A stretch of 64,000 nucleotides of DNA from Escherichia phage moha, in the sequence record MN850590.1. One strand, given 5' to 3'. A program made the translations under genes and the position numbers. The notes under the pieces are model-generated. The model was given only the letters and a program-made list of their open reading frames with translations, did not search any database and was not told the origin of the DNA. The first letter of the stretch is position 1; each line of letters begins with the position of its first letter. Of the stretch, positions 1 to 12,511 are shown piece by piece.

Positions 1-2
1 TA

Positions 3-449
3 GAAGCAAATAATTGTGTATTTGATGCTAATGTTATTGGTGATAATACTGCGGAAGGTTATGTTCTGAAGCCTTGTTTCCCTAAATGGCTGCCAAACGG
101 TACTCGTGTAGCTATTAAGTGCAAGAACTCTAAATTCAGTGAAAAGAAAAAGTCTGATAAGCCTATTAAAACTCAGGTTCCATTAACCGAAATTGACAAA
201 AACTTGCTTGATGTTCTAGCTTGTTATGTTACATTAAATCGTGTTAATAATGTTATTTCTAAGATTGGGGATGTAACGCCAAAAGATTTTGGCAAAGTGA
301 TGGGATTGACTGTTCAAGATATTCTGGAAGAAACTTCTCGTGAAGGTATTGTATTAACATCATCTGATAATCCGAATCTTGTTAAGAAAGAATTAGTCCG
401 AATGGTGCAAGATGTTCTGCGTCCTGCATGGATTGAATTAGTATCATAA
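3..449 (+). CDS. rnlB: RNA ligase 2-like protein, C-terminal part (5' end lies outside the window)
   Basis: Open frame runs from the window edge to the stop at 449; convergent with gene 24 and separated from it by a bidirectional hairpin terminator; the position matches T4 gene 24.1/rnlB. Identity assigned from memory and synteny. Confidence 0.5.
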   Translation, partial: EANNCVFDANVIGDNTAEGYVLKPCFPKWLPNGTRVAIKCKNSKFSEKKKSDKPIKTQVPLTEIDKNLLDVLACYVTLNRVNNVISKIGDVTPKDFGKVMGLTVQDILEETSREGIVLTSSDNPNLVKKELVRMVQDVLRPAWIELVS

Positions 450-451
450 CG

Positions 452-479
452 AAAAAGGGGACCTTACGGTCCCTTTTTT
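452..479. terminator. bidirectional rho-independent terminator between rnlB and gene 24
   Basis: aaaaa-GGGGACC-ttac-GGTCCC-tttttt; A-run upstream and T-run downstream allow termination on both strands. Confidence 0.75.
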
Positions 480-1761
480 ATTCATCAATGATAATTTTTG
501 GTAGCTTAACACCTAATAAAACAGACAAGTCTGAACGTCCTGCCATTTTATCCATGTCCCCACCATCAATTATTCTCGCTTCTTTTTCATCTTTTGCTAC
601 TGTGTAAGGATTTGCTGATAAAGCATATCTAACCAATAATCCGATAGACGGTTGCAAGCTTTCTGGATCAACTACAACTTTAAATGCACCAACATGTTCC
701 GGGTCATCTAAATCTACTCCTTCAGTGTATGGAGCATAAAAGATGGACCCTACAATTTCTTTTTCGCCGATATTTTCTACAACACCCACAATAACATAAT
801 CTAATGGACTGTTGGTATCGCAGTAAAGAGGTAATCCATTTGCCAAGAATCCATAAGCATTTTGTGAAAGATACTTGTCATCTTCTGGCTTATGTTTTAA
901 CCAACCGGAAGCAGCAAGAATAGCAGCTGCACGAGCTGAGGCCACACAAAACGTTGCAGTATAAGTTGTCTCTTTTTGAATGTGTGATACCATTTCACAC
1001 ACCATTCGATATAACGAACGACCTGCTTCTGGAGCGGATGCATAGCTCAAGTCAATAAATCCGGTGTCAGTAATTCCTGTAACTTTATAACGTTTCGATA
1101 CAGTAATTAAAGACTGAAGAATATCTTTATTAATTTCATCAGCCATTTCAGTAGCAAGTAAATCTTCTAAGAAGTTAGGGGCATCAAATCCATTCGCTTC
1201 CAAATCTTGCGCTAATTCAACCGTGAGGCCAGTTTTAAGTTTACGAGATTTGACTGAAGTTTGCCATTTATTAATCTGGAATCTTGCATCAGAAATTTCG
1301 CTATCAGAGCTTTCAAATTTGCTTGTTACCGCTGCATCTGAAAATAACCGTACCTTTAAATGAACGACTGCAATCTGAAGAGCTAATTCTAGATCACTTT
1401 CTTGAATATCTGCAAATGGTGTATCTTCTAACACTTTATAGACGATATTATTATATTTGAAAAAATCACCTTTATTTAGTGTGACTTTTGATTCTTCTGT
1501 GAGTTCAGTAATTTTTTCTCGGTCTACATATCCAACTTCGCCAGCATAAGTAGCACCAGTTTTAAATGTAAATTCATTATCTGGGTTAAGATATTTGATA
1601 CCATAAAAAGCAGCAACAGGTTGATTAGTTCTTTGTGTTGCTACAATGTCAGAATATACTAATTTAGTCGTAGCGCGAGTCAAAGCAACGAGATTTGGGC
1701 GACCAATTGAGTTGCTAGTAGACGTTGTAGATTCACGCAATAATTTTTGGATTTTACTCAT
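478..1761 (-). CDS. 24: capsid vertex protein gp24
   Basis: 427-aa ORF, same length as T4 gp24; lies immediately downstream of gene 23 in T4 order. Confidence 0.93.
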   Translation of the reverse strand: MSKIQKLLRESTTSTSNSIGRPNLVALTRATTKLVYSDIVATQRTNQPVAAFYGIKYLNPDNEFTFKTGATYAGEVGYVDREKITELTEESKVTLNKGDFFKYNNIVYKVLEDTPFADIQESDLELALQIAVVHLKVRLFSDAAVTSKFESSDSEISDARFQINKWQTSVKSRKLKTGLTVELAQDLEANGFDAPNFLEDLLATEMADEINKDILQSLITVSKRYKVTGITDTGFIDLSYASAPEAGRSLYRMVCEMVSHIQKETTYTATFCVASARAAAILAASGWLKHKPEDDKYLSQNAYGFLANGLPLYCDTNSPLDYVIVGVVENIGEKEIVGSIFYAPYTEGVDLDDPEHVGAFKVVVDPESLQPSIGLLVRYALSANPYTVAKDEKEARIIDGGDMDKMAGRSDLSVLLGVKLPKIIIDE

Positions 1762-1788
1762 TGCATTTTTTCCTTATGTGATATAGAT

Positions 1789-1796
1789 TATTTATA
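1789..1796 (-). promoter_or_regulatory. T4-type late promoter (TATAAATA) for gene 24
   Basis: Plus strand reads TATTTATA, 28 nt upstream of the gene 24 start codon. Confidence 0.6.
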
Positions 1797-1802
1797 AAGA
1801 TT

Positions 1803-1831
1803 GTTTACAACGTATTTGGTATGTGATACTA
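1803..1831 (+). promoter_or_regulatory. early-type sigma70 promoter
   Basis: GTTTAC at 1803-1808, 17-bp spacer, TG-a-TACTAT; followed by the conserved leader TAGACTTATCAACTACAGAGGAG and an ATG at 1863. Confidence 0.6.
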
Positions 1832-1862
1832 TAGACTTATCAACTACAGAGGAGTAAACAAA

Positions 1863-2132
1863 ATGACTAAAGCACGTTTCTTACGAGATACTTTAAAAGT
1901 TCTGGAAGCTGAAGCAGTTAAGTTAGTAGAAAAATATGGTGCAAAAGTTAATGGTAATGCCTTCAACAAAGTATGGATGAAAGTTGATTCTGAAGCTCGA
2001 GCTAAAGGTTATTGGGCCACTGATAAACTTGCATCATTCAAAAACAAAGATGGTTCTCCGGCATATGTCCAAGAAGGTATGCCTAATTGGCAAAATATTT
2101 TGAAAACTTACATCGAAATTGCACAGAAATAA
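1863..2132 (+). CDS. hypothetical early protein (89 aa), oriented against the late capsid genes
   Basis: ORF with GGAG Shine-Dalgarno and its own early-type promoter, sitting between genes 24 and 23. Confidence 0.6.
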   Translation: MTKARFLRDTLKVLEAEAVKLVEKYGAKVNGNAFNKVWMKVDSEARAKGYWATDKLASFKNKDGSPAYVQEGMPNWQNILKTYIEIAQK

Positions 2133-2160
2133 AACCAAAAATGGGAGACCGAAGTCTCCC
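2131..2160 (-). terminator. rho-independent terminator downstream of gene 23
   Basis: GGGAGAC-cgaa-GTCTCCC hairpin; on the minus strand it is followed by a U-rich tract (ATTTTTGGTTTT). Confidence 0.7.
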
Positions 2161-2184
2161 AAAATAAGATTTAATCAATTAAGA

Positions 2185-3753
2185 TTAGATGCCTTTTACA
2201 TATACACGGCGGAAGTAAGCGTTCTTACCAAGGCTGTTCAGGATAGATGGCATACCGGACTGGATGCGAGCACCTGGAGCCTGCAGGGAACTTTCAGCAA
2301 ACGGGTTAACACCGATACCGTAACGAGTTTTAAAGCCCATTACCGGCTGGAAGTTCTTAGGATCGGAACCACGCAGCGGGGTAAGTGCAACGTAAGGAGC
2401 ATAGTAAATACCTGCATCCATTTCGTTAGCGCCTTTGTAACCAACGGTGAAGTAATCCTGTTTAGCATACTGGTCGATGTATACGCGGTATTTACCACCA
2501 AGTACACCGGCAAATACAGACTTAGTAGTGTCGGTATTAAAACCAGAAGCCAGGCCCTGTGCAGCGTAAGAAATACCAGTATCAACTGAAGCCAGTACGT
2601 TAACTACGTTACGGGAAGCGATAATGAAGTTACCTTCACCACGACCGGTTTGACGAGCAATTTCAACTGCTTCTTTATCAATCTGGAACAACAGAGATTT
2701 AAAGCTTTCACCGGCCCAACGAGCACCACGGATATCAATCGGGTCCTGGAAGTCAAATACACCAGCTTTAGAACCCGGAGTCAGGGTCATACCAGATTTA
2801 CCAACCTGTGCTGAGTAGTTAATCCAATCAACAACTTCACGGTTGATTTCTAGCATAATTTCTGTAGCCAGAATACCGCTCAGTTCAGCATCAGCATCCA
2901 TACCGTGTACTGCACGGAGGTCTTGTGCTAATTCGATAGAGTAAGCAGCTTTCAGCTGGCGAGATTTAGCTTCGATAACTTGTTTATCGATACGGAAGCC
3001 CATTTCATTCCATGGGTTATCGGTAGAACCGTTGAAACCTTCCTGGAGTTCAGCGATAGAAGTAGCCATACCTTCAGCGATTTCTACCAGTGCACCAGCT
3101 TCCATTTGTTTCTTAACTTCTGCATCTAATTTAGCTGCATCAGTTGCACCAGAATCAAGTGTTACGACAGCAGAAGCTTGCAGATATACAGTACCAGTTT
3201 CTTGGAAGAAGTGAGTATAGATATCACCTACAACAGTAGTAGTGTCAGCAGCCAGAGCTGGGAATTTCTTAGCAGCACCCTGACCAGAGAACATCGCGTC
3301 TGGGGCATACATCGGATGGAAAGCTTCTTTAGCGCCAGCAGCGATAGGGTCTTTACCATATACTGCACGGAGAGCAAATACCTGACCGGTCGGGCTGTTC
3401 ATAGGCTGAACACCACAAATATCAAAAGCGATCAGATTAGGAATAGCACGACGAACCATACCCATAACTGCCGGCCCAATTTGGGTTACTGCACCAGAGG
3501 TTTGACCTGCTGCGATGTTCTGAGCATTATAACCATGGTCACCACCAATTTCAGCTTCGGTCAAGAAAGAACCAAATGCCTGAGCGATTTTCTCGTCTTT
3601 ATATTCAGGGGATACTTCGAAATCTTTTTCCTGGTTTTCGAAGATTTTAGCGATAATAGCCTGCTTGCTATTAGCGATTTCCGGCAGGCCTTCACCTTCC
3701 AGCAGTTCTTTCCATTTGTCTACGAGCTGAGCTTTAGTTTTGATAGTAGTCAT
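2185..3753 (-). CDS. 23: major capsid protein gp23
   Basis: 522-aa ORF; the translation is recognisable as T4 gp23 and the length matches (T4 521 aa). Confidence 0.97.
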   Translation of the reverse strand: MTTIKTKAQLVDKWKELLEGEGLPEIANSKQAIIAKIFENQEKDFEVSPEYKDEKIAQAFGSFLTEAEIGGDHGYNAQNIAAGQTSGAVTQIGPAVMGMVRRAIPNLIAFDICGVQPMNSPTGQVFALRAVYGKDPIAAGAKEAFHPMYAPDAMFSGQGAAKKFPALAADTTTVVGDIYTHFFQETGTVYLQASAVVTLDSGATDAAKLDAEVKKQMEAGALVEIAEGMATSIAELQEGFNGSTDNPWNEMGFRIDKQVIEAKSRQLKAAYSIELAQDLRAVHGMDADAELSGILATEIMLEINREVVDWINYSAQVGKSGMTLTPGSKAGVFDFQDPIDIRGARWAGESFKSLLFQIDKEAVEIARQTGRGEGNFIIASRNVVNVLASVDTGISYAAQGLASGFNTDTTKSVFAGVLGGKYRVYIDQYAKQDYFTVGYKGANEMDAGIYYAPYVALTPLRGSDPKNFQPVMGFKTRYGIGVNPFAESSLQAPGARIQSGMPSILNSLGKNAYFRRVYVKGI

Positions 3754-3770
3754 TTGTGTTAACCTTTAAA

Positions 3771-4583
3771 TTAGAAACGAGATGCGACTTTCGCATATAA
3801 ACTTACATTAGAATTCTGTTCTACCTGAGTTGTGGTAGTGTCAACTGCTTCGGCAACAAAATTAAGACCGGCAGCGTCATTGTCAACTGTATTTATACTT
3901 TCGGTAATAGCGGCTTCTTCTTTAGTAGAACCTTTAACCATTTCTACAATAGCAGTTAACTTAGTACCAAATGCGTCAGAATAATCCATACCTTCAACCA
4001 GGCCAATAACTTTTTCTTTCTGAGATTCAGTCAGGTCTTTTACGCTTTCATTAATAGCGGTTTCACGCTGAACGTAATTGATATATGCATCACGTTTGGT
4101 AACTTCTTCGAACAAACGAGCGGTTTCTTCTTTATGTTCGGCCAGCTCTTCTTCCATTTCTGCTACAACATCTACAGATTCTTCTGGAACAACAACGTTA
4201 TGTTCAACAAACAGTTCTTTCAGACCACCAAGCATGGATTCGAACAAATCAGCTTTAATGCCTTTATCAACTGCGATTTGGTTTTCTGCGAGCCATTCTT
4301 TTGCAAGATGGTCCAGGAATTTAGAAGCTTGTTCAGCCAATTTTTTATCAGCTTTCTCTTCAGCATCTTCTTTAGCCTTTTCAACTTCTTCTTCGGCTTT
4401 TTCGGCGATAGCTTTGATATGAGATTCAGCTAGTTTGACTGCTTCCTGCTTAACGGTGGCTTCGAATACAGTGCTGAAATTAGCTTTAACGTCCGGAGAC
4501 AGTTCTACTGATTCGAAAACACTATTAAGAGCAACTGAAGTCTCGATATTCTGAGCTTCTTTCAAAAGTTGTTCTTTGATCAT
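3771..4583 (-). CDS. 22: prohead core scaffold protein gp22
   Basis: 270-aa acidic, coiled-coil-rich ORF (T4 gp22 is 269 aa) in the expected position. Confidence 0.88.
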   Translation of the reverse strand: MIKEQLLKEAQNIETSVALNSVFESVELSPDVKANFSTVFEATVKQEAVKLAESHIKAIAEKAEEEVEKAKEDAEEKADKKLAEQASKFLDHLAKEWLAENQIAVDKGIKADLFESMLGGLKELFVEHNVVVPEESVDVVAEMEEELAEHKEETARLFEEVTKRDAYINYVQRETAINESVKDLTESQKEKVIGLVEGMDYSDAFGTKLTAIVEMVKGSTKEEAAITESINTVDNDAAGLNFVAEAVDTTTTQVEQNSNVSLYAKVASRF

Positions 4584-4613
4584 TTTAGTGTCCTGTGGTT
4601 TAGATTACATTAT

Positions 4614-4621
4614 TATTTATA
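4614..4621 (-). promoter_or_regulatory. late promoter (TATAAATA) for gene 22
   Basis: Plus strand TATTTATA about 31 nt upstream of the gene 22 start. Confidence 0.5.
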
Positions 4622-5258
4622 ATGCTTTTAAACTCTCTGCGAGAGCTTTAAATGCTTCATCAGCACTGTTTTTGGTGATTTCCACCGAATTTTCTGATTC
4701 TGATATTTGTTTAGGAGTAACCCAAGCATCTGGAGCAGAAGGTCCCCATACGGCATCTACGCCGACGGTTAATTTAAATCCTTCGTTCACGATACGGTAC
4801 CCTTTATTGGTGTCGGTTAAAGAACCAAGACCACGAGAGGAAACACCTGGAATCCAACCAGCACGTATATTAGCAGCTAATTTATCACCGGGACCATGGT
4901 CGCCTTCAATAATTCTAGCACGTCCATATACATCGTTTCCTTTCCACCACATATCTTCAATAATGATAGCGGCTTGCATAGGGTCAACATTTGCACGAGG
5001 TGGATGGTTTAATTCTCCAAGGGCTTGTTTGGTTGCGACTTGTTCTTTAATATAGTCACTTACTGCTTTTTCCAAAACGCGTTTAGGATATAAACGTTTA
5101 TTTCGGTTAACAACCTCTGCCTGAAGAAAAATACCTTCTATATAAAGCCCTGGTTTTAAGCCAGAATCTTTTCCATCATGAGATTCCAACATTGGAACGC
5201 CATCAATAATCTCACCGGGTTGACCCCAAGTTTCAATAAGTAACTCGGGTTTATTCAT
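4617..5258 (-). CDS. 21: prohead core protease gp21
   Basis: 213-aa ORF (T4 gp21 is 212 aa) in the expected position. Confidence 0.9.
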   Translation of the reverse strand: MNKPELLIETWGQPGEIIDGVPMLESHDGKDSGLKPGLYIEGIFLQAEVVNRNKRLYPKRVLEKAVSDYIKEQVATKQALGELNHPPRANVDPMQAAIIIEDMWWKGNDVYGRARIIEGDHGPGDKLAANIRAGWIPGVSSRGLGSLTDTNKGYRIVNEGFKLTVGVDAVWGPSAPDAWVTPKQISESENSVEITKNSADEAFKALAESLKAL

Positions 5259-5683
5259 TAGCTTAATCCTAATGCTTTACGACGTTTAAGAGCCTTTTTA
5301 CGCTTACGCAAGCCTTTAACTTGGCCTGAAGGGTTAGCTTTTTTAGCTTTAACGACCTTACGAGCGATTTGTCTACGTTTTGCTTTAGAAAGACCAGTGG
5401 TTTGGAACGCGTTACGTTCACGAGTTTTACGGTCTTTAGTGCGGGTGACTTCACCACGAGAAGAAACATGTTTAACGATAAACTCATTTAACTGTTCTTC
5501 ATTAATAATGGAAGCCATTGCAACAGCTAAATCCGTTTCAGTTTCAAGCATGTTCTCGATAATAGTATTTATATCGTCAATATCGAGAGCAGAAGACAAT
5601 GCATCGATTCGGCCCTGTGCTTCAGGAATAAGTGCTTCGACATTTTCGAGTACCAATTCATAAGATTCAGGGATAAGATACAT
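5258..5683 (-). CDS. 68: prohead core protein gp68
   Basis: 141-aa ORF with a basic C-terminus; length and position match T4 gp68. Confidence 0.8.
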   Translation of the reverse strand: MYLIPESYELVLENVEALIPEAQGRIDALSSALDIDDINTIIENMLETETDLAVAMASIINEEQLNEFIVKHVSSRGEVTRTKDRKTRERNAFQTTGLSKAKRRQIARKVVKAKKANPSGQVKGLRKRKKALKRRKALGLS

Positions 5684-5916
5684 TATTCATCGTCCTCATC
5701 ATCTTCGTCTTCGTCGTCATCGCCTTCATCAGCGTCGTCTTCCGAAGCTTTCTTTTCTTCTTCTTCAGGTTCTTCGCCTTCAATCAAAAATTGAGAAGCG
5801 ATTTCTGCTTTGCGTGCTTCAATCAAACGAACCGTTTTTTCTGCCATTGCACTTTCAAAAAACTTTCGAGTAGCAACGAGGTCGTTTGATTTAATAGCTT
5901 GAATTAAATCGTCCAT
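5683..5916 (-). CDS. 67: prohead core protein gp67
   Basis: 77-aa ORF with a poly-acidic C-terminus, located between genes 20 and 68. Confidence 0.8.
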   Translation of the reverse strand: MDDLIQAIKSNDLVATRKFFESAMAEKTVRLIEARKAEIASQFLIEGEEPEEEEKKASEDDADEGDDDEDEDDEDDE

Positions 5917-7487
5917 TAAAAATCCTCTTGTTCTTGGTCGGGGTCTTGGAAACGAGCCTCTTTCGACTCTTCTTCAATTTGCTTAGCCTCTTGTTCAATT
6001 TCCTCGTCAGACATCTGAAGAATATCTTTCATAGCTGTTCTGTGAGAAATATATTTACCAATAAATGGTTCGGCCATCTGAAGCATATTAATGCGACGCT
6101 CCAGAATCTCAGCATCCTTTAATTCCGAGAAATAACTATCCCGATGAAATTTTATCTTAATATTATTTATTTCATCATTCCACTCATCTTCTGTAATAAT
6201 TCCTTTAAGAATTAAATTAGTTTTAAGCGGGTCTAGGAATATCTCTTCAAATTTATGTTGCAGCTCACGAATAAATTTACCAAATGATAATTCATCTCGT
6301 GTAATAGAAGTACCAGCATCAAACTGTATACCACCTTGGTCACTTGGAATACGGGTAATAGGAATACGTAAAGCCATATAAAGCGCATTACGGAACCAAC
6401 GTACATCTTCCATATTTCCGGTATTATCTGCACCTGGTAATGTATCAACTTCTGTTACTGCTTTACCATCACGTCGTTGTAACCAATAATCTTCGGTCAT
6501 CGACATAATATGCTGCTGGTTTTTAATCTTGCCTGTAGTAGCATCATATGCAATACGGTTTTTCATCGTATTCATAACATGTTGCATATGTTCTGCTGCT
6601 TTTCTTGAAGGCATATTACCTGTATCAACGTACCATACACGACGATCAGGAGCACGAGTAATACGATAAATTACGACGGCATCTTCAAGAAGTTTTAATT
6701 GGTTCGCCGGCTTAATAGCCCGATGCAAATAACCAATGATATTTTTACCACAACAATCAACTAAACCAGAATGGGCATAAACAATCGCGGCTTTAGGGAT
6801 TTTTATTTTTGTGCCAGCTTCATATATGCGACCATCACAAGCGTAAGATTCGTGTGATGTGTCATAAATGAAATATTCTTTATAACCCTTGACTATTTTA
6901 ACACCGGCTTCAGTGGTTGTAATAACTTCACGGACATATTGAACTTGACGTGGATCTAAACGACGAAGCTCTTTAATACCTTCTTTAGGGCGTTTAGGGT
7001 CAATAATTTTATGGAAGAAAATTCGAGAATCTACATACCAACGCCTAAAATGGTCTGAACCTTTACGTTGGAAAGATAAATGATTCAACACTTCGTTAAA
7101 TTCATCCAACATCAATGATTTTATATTTGGACTAAATTTTGTGTTGTCTAAATTTATAGAAACGACTTCTGTATCATCTTCATATACGATAGCATCAGAA
7201 ACTATTTCAGAGACTGCATTATCCACTTCATAGTTCGTCATCAAATTTCGATACGTATCGATTAATTCACGGGTTGATTTGAGCCCTGGTTCTTGACTAC
7301 CGAACATTCTCTGAAACATAGCATTATATGTTTGCTGTGCTTCATTTTCAGATACTTCGTATTCTTTAGCACCGTCGTCCAATTTTGGTGCTGTGATAGA
7401 TTCTAAATTTTCTTTTTCTTGGTCTTTGTAATCACGTTCGTCCATTTTTGCCCATGGAGCAAACAAACTTAAGATATTAAATTTCAT
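5916..7487 (-). CDS. 20: portal vertex protein gp20
   Basis: 523-aa ORF (T4 gp20 is 524 aa) in the expected position. Confidence 0.93.
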   Translation of the reverse strand: MKFNILSLFAPWAKMDERDYKDQEKENLESITAPKLDDGAKEYEVSENEAQQTYNAMFQRMFGSQEPGLKSTRELIDTYRNLMTNYEVDNAVSEIVSDAIVYEDDTEVVSINLDNTKFSPNIKSLMLDEFNEVLNHLSFQRKGSDHFRRWYVDSRIFFHKIIDPKRPKEGIKELRRLDPRQVQYVREVITTTEAGVKIVKGYKEYFIYDTSHESYACDGRIYEAGTKIKIPKAAIVYAHSGLVDCCGKNIIGYLHRAIKPANQLKLLEDAVVIYRITRAPDRRVWYVDTGNMPSRKAAEHMQHVMNTMKNRIAYDATTGKIKNQQHIMSMTEDYWLQRRDGKAVTEVDTLPGADNTGNMEDVRWFRNALYMALRIPITRIPSDQGGIQFDAGTSITRDELSFGKFIRELQHKFEEIFLDPLKTNLILKGIITEDEWNDEINNIKIKFHRDSYFSELKDAEILERRINMLQMAEPFIGKYISHRTAMKDILQMSDEEIEQEAKQIEEESKEARFQDPDQEQEDF

Positions 7488-7516
7488 TGTATTCTCCGAA
7501 TGGGAATTATAGTTAT

Positions 7517-7524
7517 ATTTATAT
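7517..7524 (-). promoter_or_regulatory. late promoter (TATAAATA) for gene 20
   Basis: Plus strand TATTTATA 30 nt upstream of the gene 20 ATG. Confidence 0.6.
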
Positions 7525-7571
7525 GGACTTCTCCGTCATCACGGGAAGATGGGGATTTCTCCCCAACCAGA

Positions 7572-8063
7572 TTATTCCCACCAATCAAGAGCAAGAGTTA
7601 CTTCGAACGTTTCAATCTCGTTATTGCTGTCCCAGTCAAGAGATACTTCGCCAACGTTAGTAGGCCACAAGCCGACAATTTCAACTTCTTTAGTGACCGT
7701 TTTAGCATCACGGGCAAATTGACGAACGATAGCAGACTTTTTATATTCAGCAGGTTTACCACCGGTAATTTCATTACCTTGTCCTGCTGCAATACCTTGC
7801 CAATCAACAAATTTCTGACGAATGCTATGAGCATCATCGTTCATTACTGTAATAGTCCAATCATCGAATGTACGATCACCGGCCACGTTAATTTTACGGT
7901 TCATATAAGAAACAGGAACCTTTTCAACAATCGCAGCAGGAAGAGCCGTAGCACGACACTGGAAGCTAAAGTTTTGCCCAAGATAAGAGATTTCTACTTC
8001 GAACAGGTTAGGGCGAGCGAAATCACCTGATTCGAATGCACGAGTTACGTCATCTACAAACAT
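7572..8063 (-). CDS. 19: tail tube protein gp19
   Basis: 163-aa ORF, same length as T4 gp19, in the expected position. Confidence 0.93.
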   Translation of the reverse strand: MFVDDVTRAFESGDFARPNLFEVEISYLGQNFSFQCRATALPAAIVEKVPVSYMNRKINVAGDRTFDDWTITVMNDDAHSIRQKFVDWQGIAAGQGNEITGGKPAEYKKSAIVRQFARDAKTVTKEVEIVGLWPTNVGEVSLDWDSNNEIETFEVTLALDWWE

Positions 8064-8135
8064 ATTAGCCTCTGTAGTAATATGGGCTTAGGATTAACCT
8101 GATGCCCATAGAATTAATTTTTAAACGATATAGTA

Positions 8136-8143
8136 TATTTATA
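8136..8143 (-). promoter_or_regulatory. late promoter (TATAAATA) for gene 19, preceded by a hairpin
   Basis: Plus strand TATTTATA; the GGGCTA-ccgaaa-TAGCCC hairpin at 8144-8161 sits between the gene 18 stop and this promoter. Confidence 0.55.
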
Positions 8144-8175
8144 TGGGCTACCGAAATAGCCCATCAGGCGTCTTA

Positions 8176-10158
8176 TTAGCCACCTACAGCACCAATTAGT
8201 TCGTCGAAATCGGCACCAGTTGCTGTTGCTACAAAGTTCAACGTAATATAATTTATCGAGCGGGCAGGTTGTAAGTAGAAAGTAGCTACAAATTCATTAC
8301 GGTCGATAACTGCTGGAGTGTTATTGGTAGTATCACAAACAACTTTAAAGTTATATACACCACCAAGAGCTTTAATACCCTGTAGATATTGAGAAGTCTC
8401 TGTACGGAAAGAAGAACGGGTAAATGCGTTGTTCAATTCAAACAGGCGATATTTAGATGCTGAACCAATATTCGTTTTAACCATATTGAACAAACGACGA
8501 ACGTTAATACGGTCAAATGGCGAAGGAACAGAAGTGGCAGTTTTATCACCGTACAGAACATACCCATCACCACCAGTACCAGTAACAGGGTTAATAGCTT
8601 CCTGATACAAACGATCACGCTGCGCTTGGCGAGTTTCAATTGCAAGCTTAATAACGTTAAGAATTTGTCCACGGTTATAACCGGCTGGAGACATCCAAGG
8701 CTGAGAAATATTGTCTGTACGAGCACAAAGACCAGCGATATCAGCAGCTAATGGAACCCAACGATTCACGTCATTATATTTGTCATATTGATATTTATAG
8801 TTACCGTCAATAGCAGCATAAGTAGAACTTACATTAAAGTTATTATCAGTGTAAGTTCCTGACGCAGTACGCCAATCAACCAGATTATCAACTGCACGAT
8901 TAACAGGAATACCGACTATAGTTGCACGTGGCGGTGAGCAAAGAACCAAGCAATCTTGGCGAGAATCACCAATTGCTACAACATGTTTCTGAACTGTAGA
9001 AGCAACTTCTAAAGATTCACCTGCACAAGAACCGGCAATAAACAACTGCGCATTAACAGATTCGCGGTCAGCAAACAAATCCCAAGCTTCCATTAAATCA
9101 CCAGCGTCAACCGTTTCATTAGATGATAAGCCGCCACCCAGTTTGATTACGCCAGAGAAACCTTTTGGCCAACCTTGTGCAGTAGCGAAAATATAATTGC
9201 TTGCACCTTTAGCAAAGAAATCATCAATAAAGATATTACTACCATAAATATCGCGTTCACCACGTTTAGTAGAAAGAACTACGCTCTGAACTACAGCATC
9301 GTTACGACGAACTATAATTGCATATTGGTCATCAGTTTGTGGGCCATACCCAAAGATTGCTTTAGCAGTAGATGCGCGAGTACCACCATCAGGATAAATT
9401 TTTAACTGGGCTGAAGCACCTTTGTCATAGTCTGCTTTAGATACGATTTCAATTTCGAGCTGGTCGCCAAGTTCACCAGGATAAAGAGCAACTACGCCTG
9501 GGACACCATATTTTTTAATAGATTCTTGGAAAGTTAGAGAAGTAATAGCTTCTTCAGAAGTTTCAACTTCAGTTAACAGAATACCCGAATCGGTTACGAT
9601 AGAACCAATTGTAATAACGCCAGAAAGTCCAGAAGAAGAACTGGCAACTTCGGCGGTCCAGTTAGAACCCAATGCCGGATATTCATTAATTTCTTTTGCA
9701 CGAGCAATAATTTTACCGGTTGGGATATAAATGTTAAGAATTTTACCATCGACATCAACCGAAGTGACATAACCATCTGCTTCAACAGTTTCGGTCAAAT
9801 ACTTAACGATAATTTTATCACCAACTGCATAGTTACTACCAGCAGCAGAGATTGTGAATTCAATATTGCCTGCTACAGGAGATGAGTTCTTAGCAGTATC
9901 ACGGTCAACTGCGCGTACAACACGAAGGTCATTACCATATTGAAGGAAGTTCATAGCAGACATGAAATAATCTGCTGTATCCGTATTAGGAGTACCAAAC
10001 ATATCAACTAATGCAACTTCATCAGTGATTTGTTTAATCTGGAATGCAGGTCCCCATTGGAATTTTCCAGCCAGGGCAGCAGTACCAGTGGAGTTATTAA
10101 CTACAGTACTCTGTACGGTAGTTTCTTTGAGCTCAACGCCCGGAGAGAGAAGTGACAT
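8176..10158 (-). CDS. 18: tail sheath protein gp18
   Basis: 660-aa ORF (T4 gp18 is 659 aa) in the expected position. Confidence 0.95.
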   Translation of the reverse strand: MSLLSPGVELKETTVQSTVVNNSTGTAALAGKFQWGPAFQIKQITDEVALVDMFGTPNTDTADYFMSAMNFLQYGNDLRVVRAVDRDTAKNSSPVAGNIEFTISAAGSNYAVGDKIIVKYLTETVEADGYVTSVDVDGKILNIYIPTGKIIARAKEINEYPALGSNWTAEVASSSSGLSGVITIGSIVTDSGILLTEVETSEEAITSLTFQESIKKYGVPGVVALYPGELGDQLEIEIVSKADYDKGASAQLKIYPDGGTRASTAKAIFGYGPQTDDQYAIIVRRNDAVVQSVVLSTKRGERDIYGSNIFIDDFFAKGASNYIFATAQGWPKGFSGVIKLGGGLSSNETVDAGDLMEAWDLFADRESVNAQLFIAGSCAGESLEVASTVQKHVVAIGDSRQDCLVLCSPPRATIVGIPVNRAVDNLVDWRTASGTYTDNNFNVSSTYAAIDGNYKYQYDKYNDVNRWVPLAADIAGLCARTDNISQPWMSPAGYNRGQILNVIKLAIETRQAQRDRLYQEAINPVTGTGGDGYVLYGDKTATSVPSPFDRINVRRLFNMVKTNIGSASKYRLFELNNAFTRSSFRTETSQYLQGIKALGGVYNFKVVCDTTNNTPAVIDRNEFVATFYLQPARSINYITLNFVATATGADFDELIGAVGG

Positions 10159-10185
10159 TTTAATTCCTCTTAATTTGCTTTATTT

Positions 10186-12502
<2,317 letters not shown>

Positions 12503-12511
12503 ATTTACCTC

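Noticed and set aside
2119-3762. Plus-strand ORFs of 156, 60 and 194 aa, and a minus-strand 81-aa ORF, nested inside gene 23
   Set aside because: They lie antisense to or out of frame with a highly conserved major capsid gene, have no promoter or ribosome-binding site, and have low-complexity Ser/Leu-rich translations typical of antisense frames.
3890-3897. TATAAATA-type late promoter (plus strand TATTTATA) inside gene 22, 137 nt upstream of gene 23
   Set aside because: This AT-rich octamer is expected several times by chance in 64 kb, and here it is far from the start codon; not called without transcript mapping.
4078-8030. Antisense or alternative-frame ORFs within genes 22, 21, 68, 20 and 19 (for example 4078-4433, 4576-5055, 5397-5663, 7500-8030)
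   Set aside because: Fully contained in well-supported late genes on the opposite strand; no start signals; composition artefacts.
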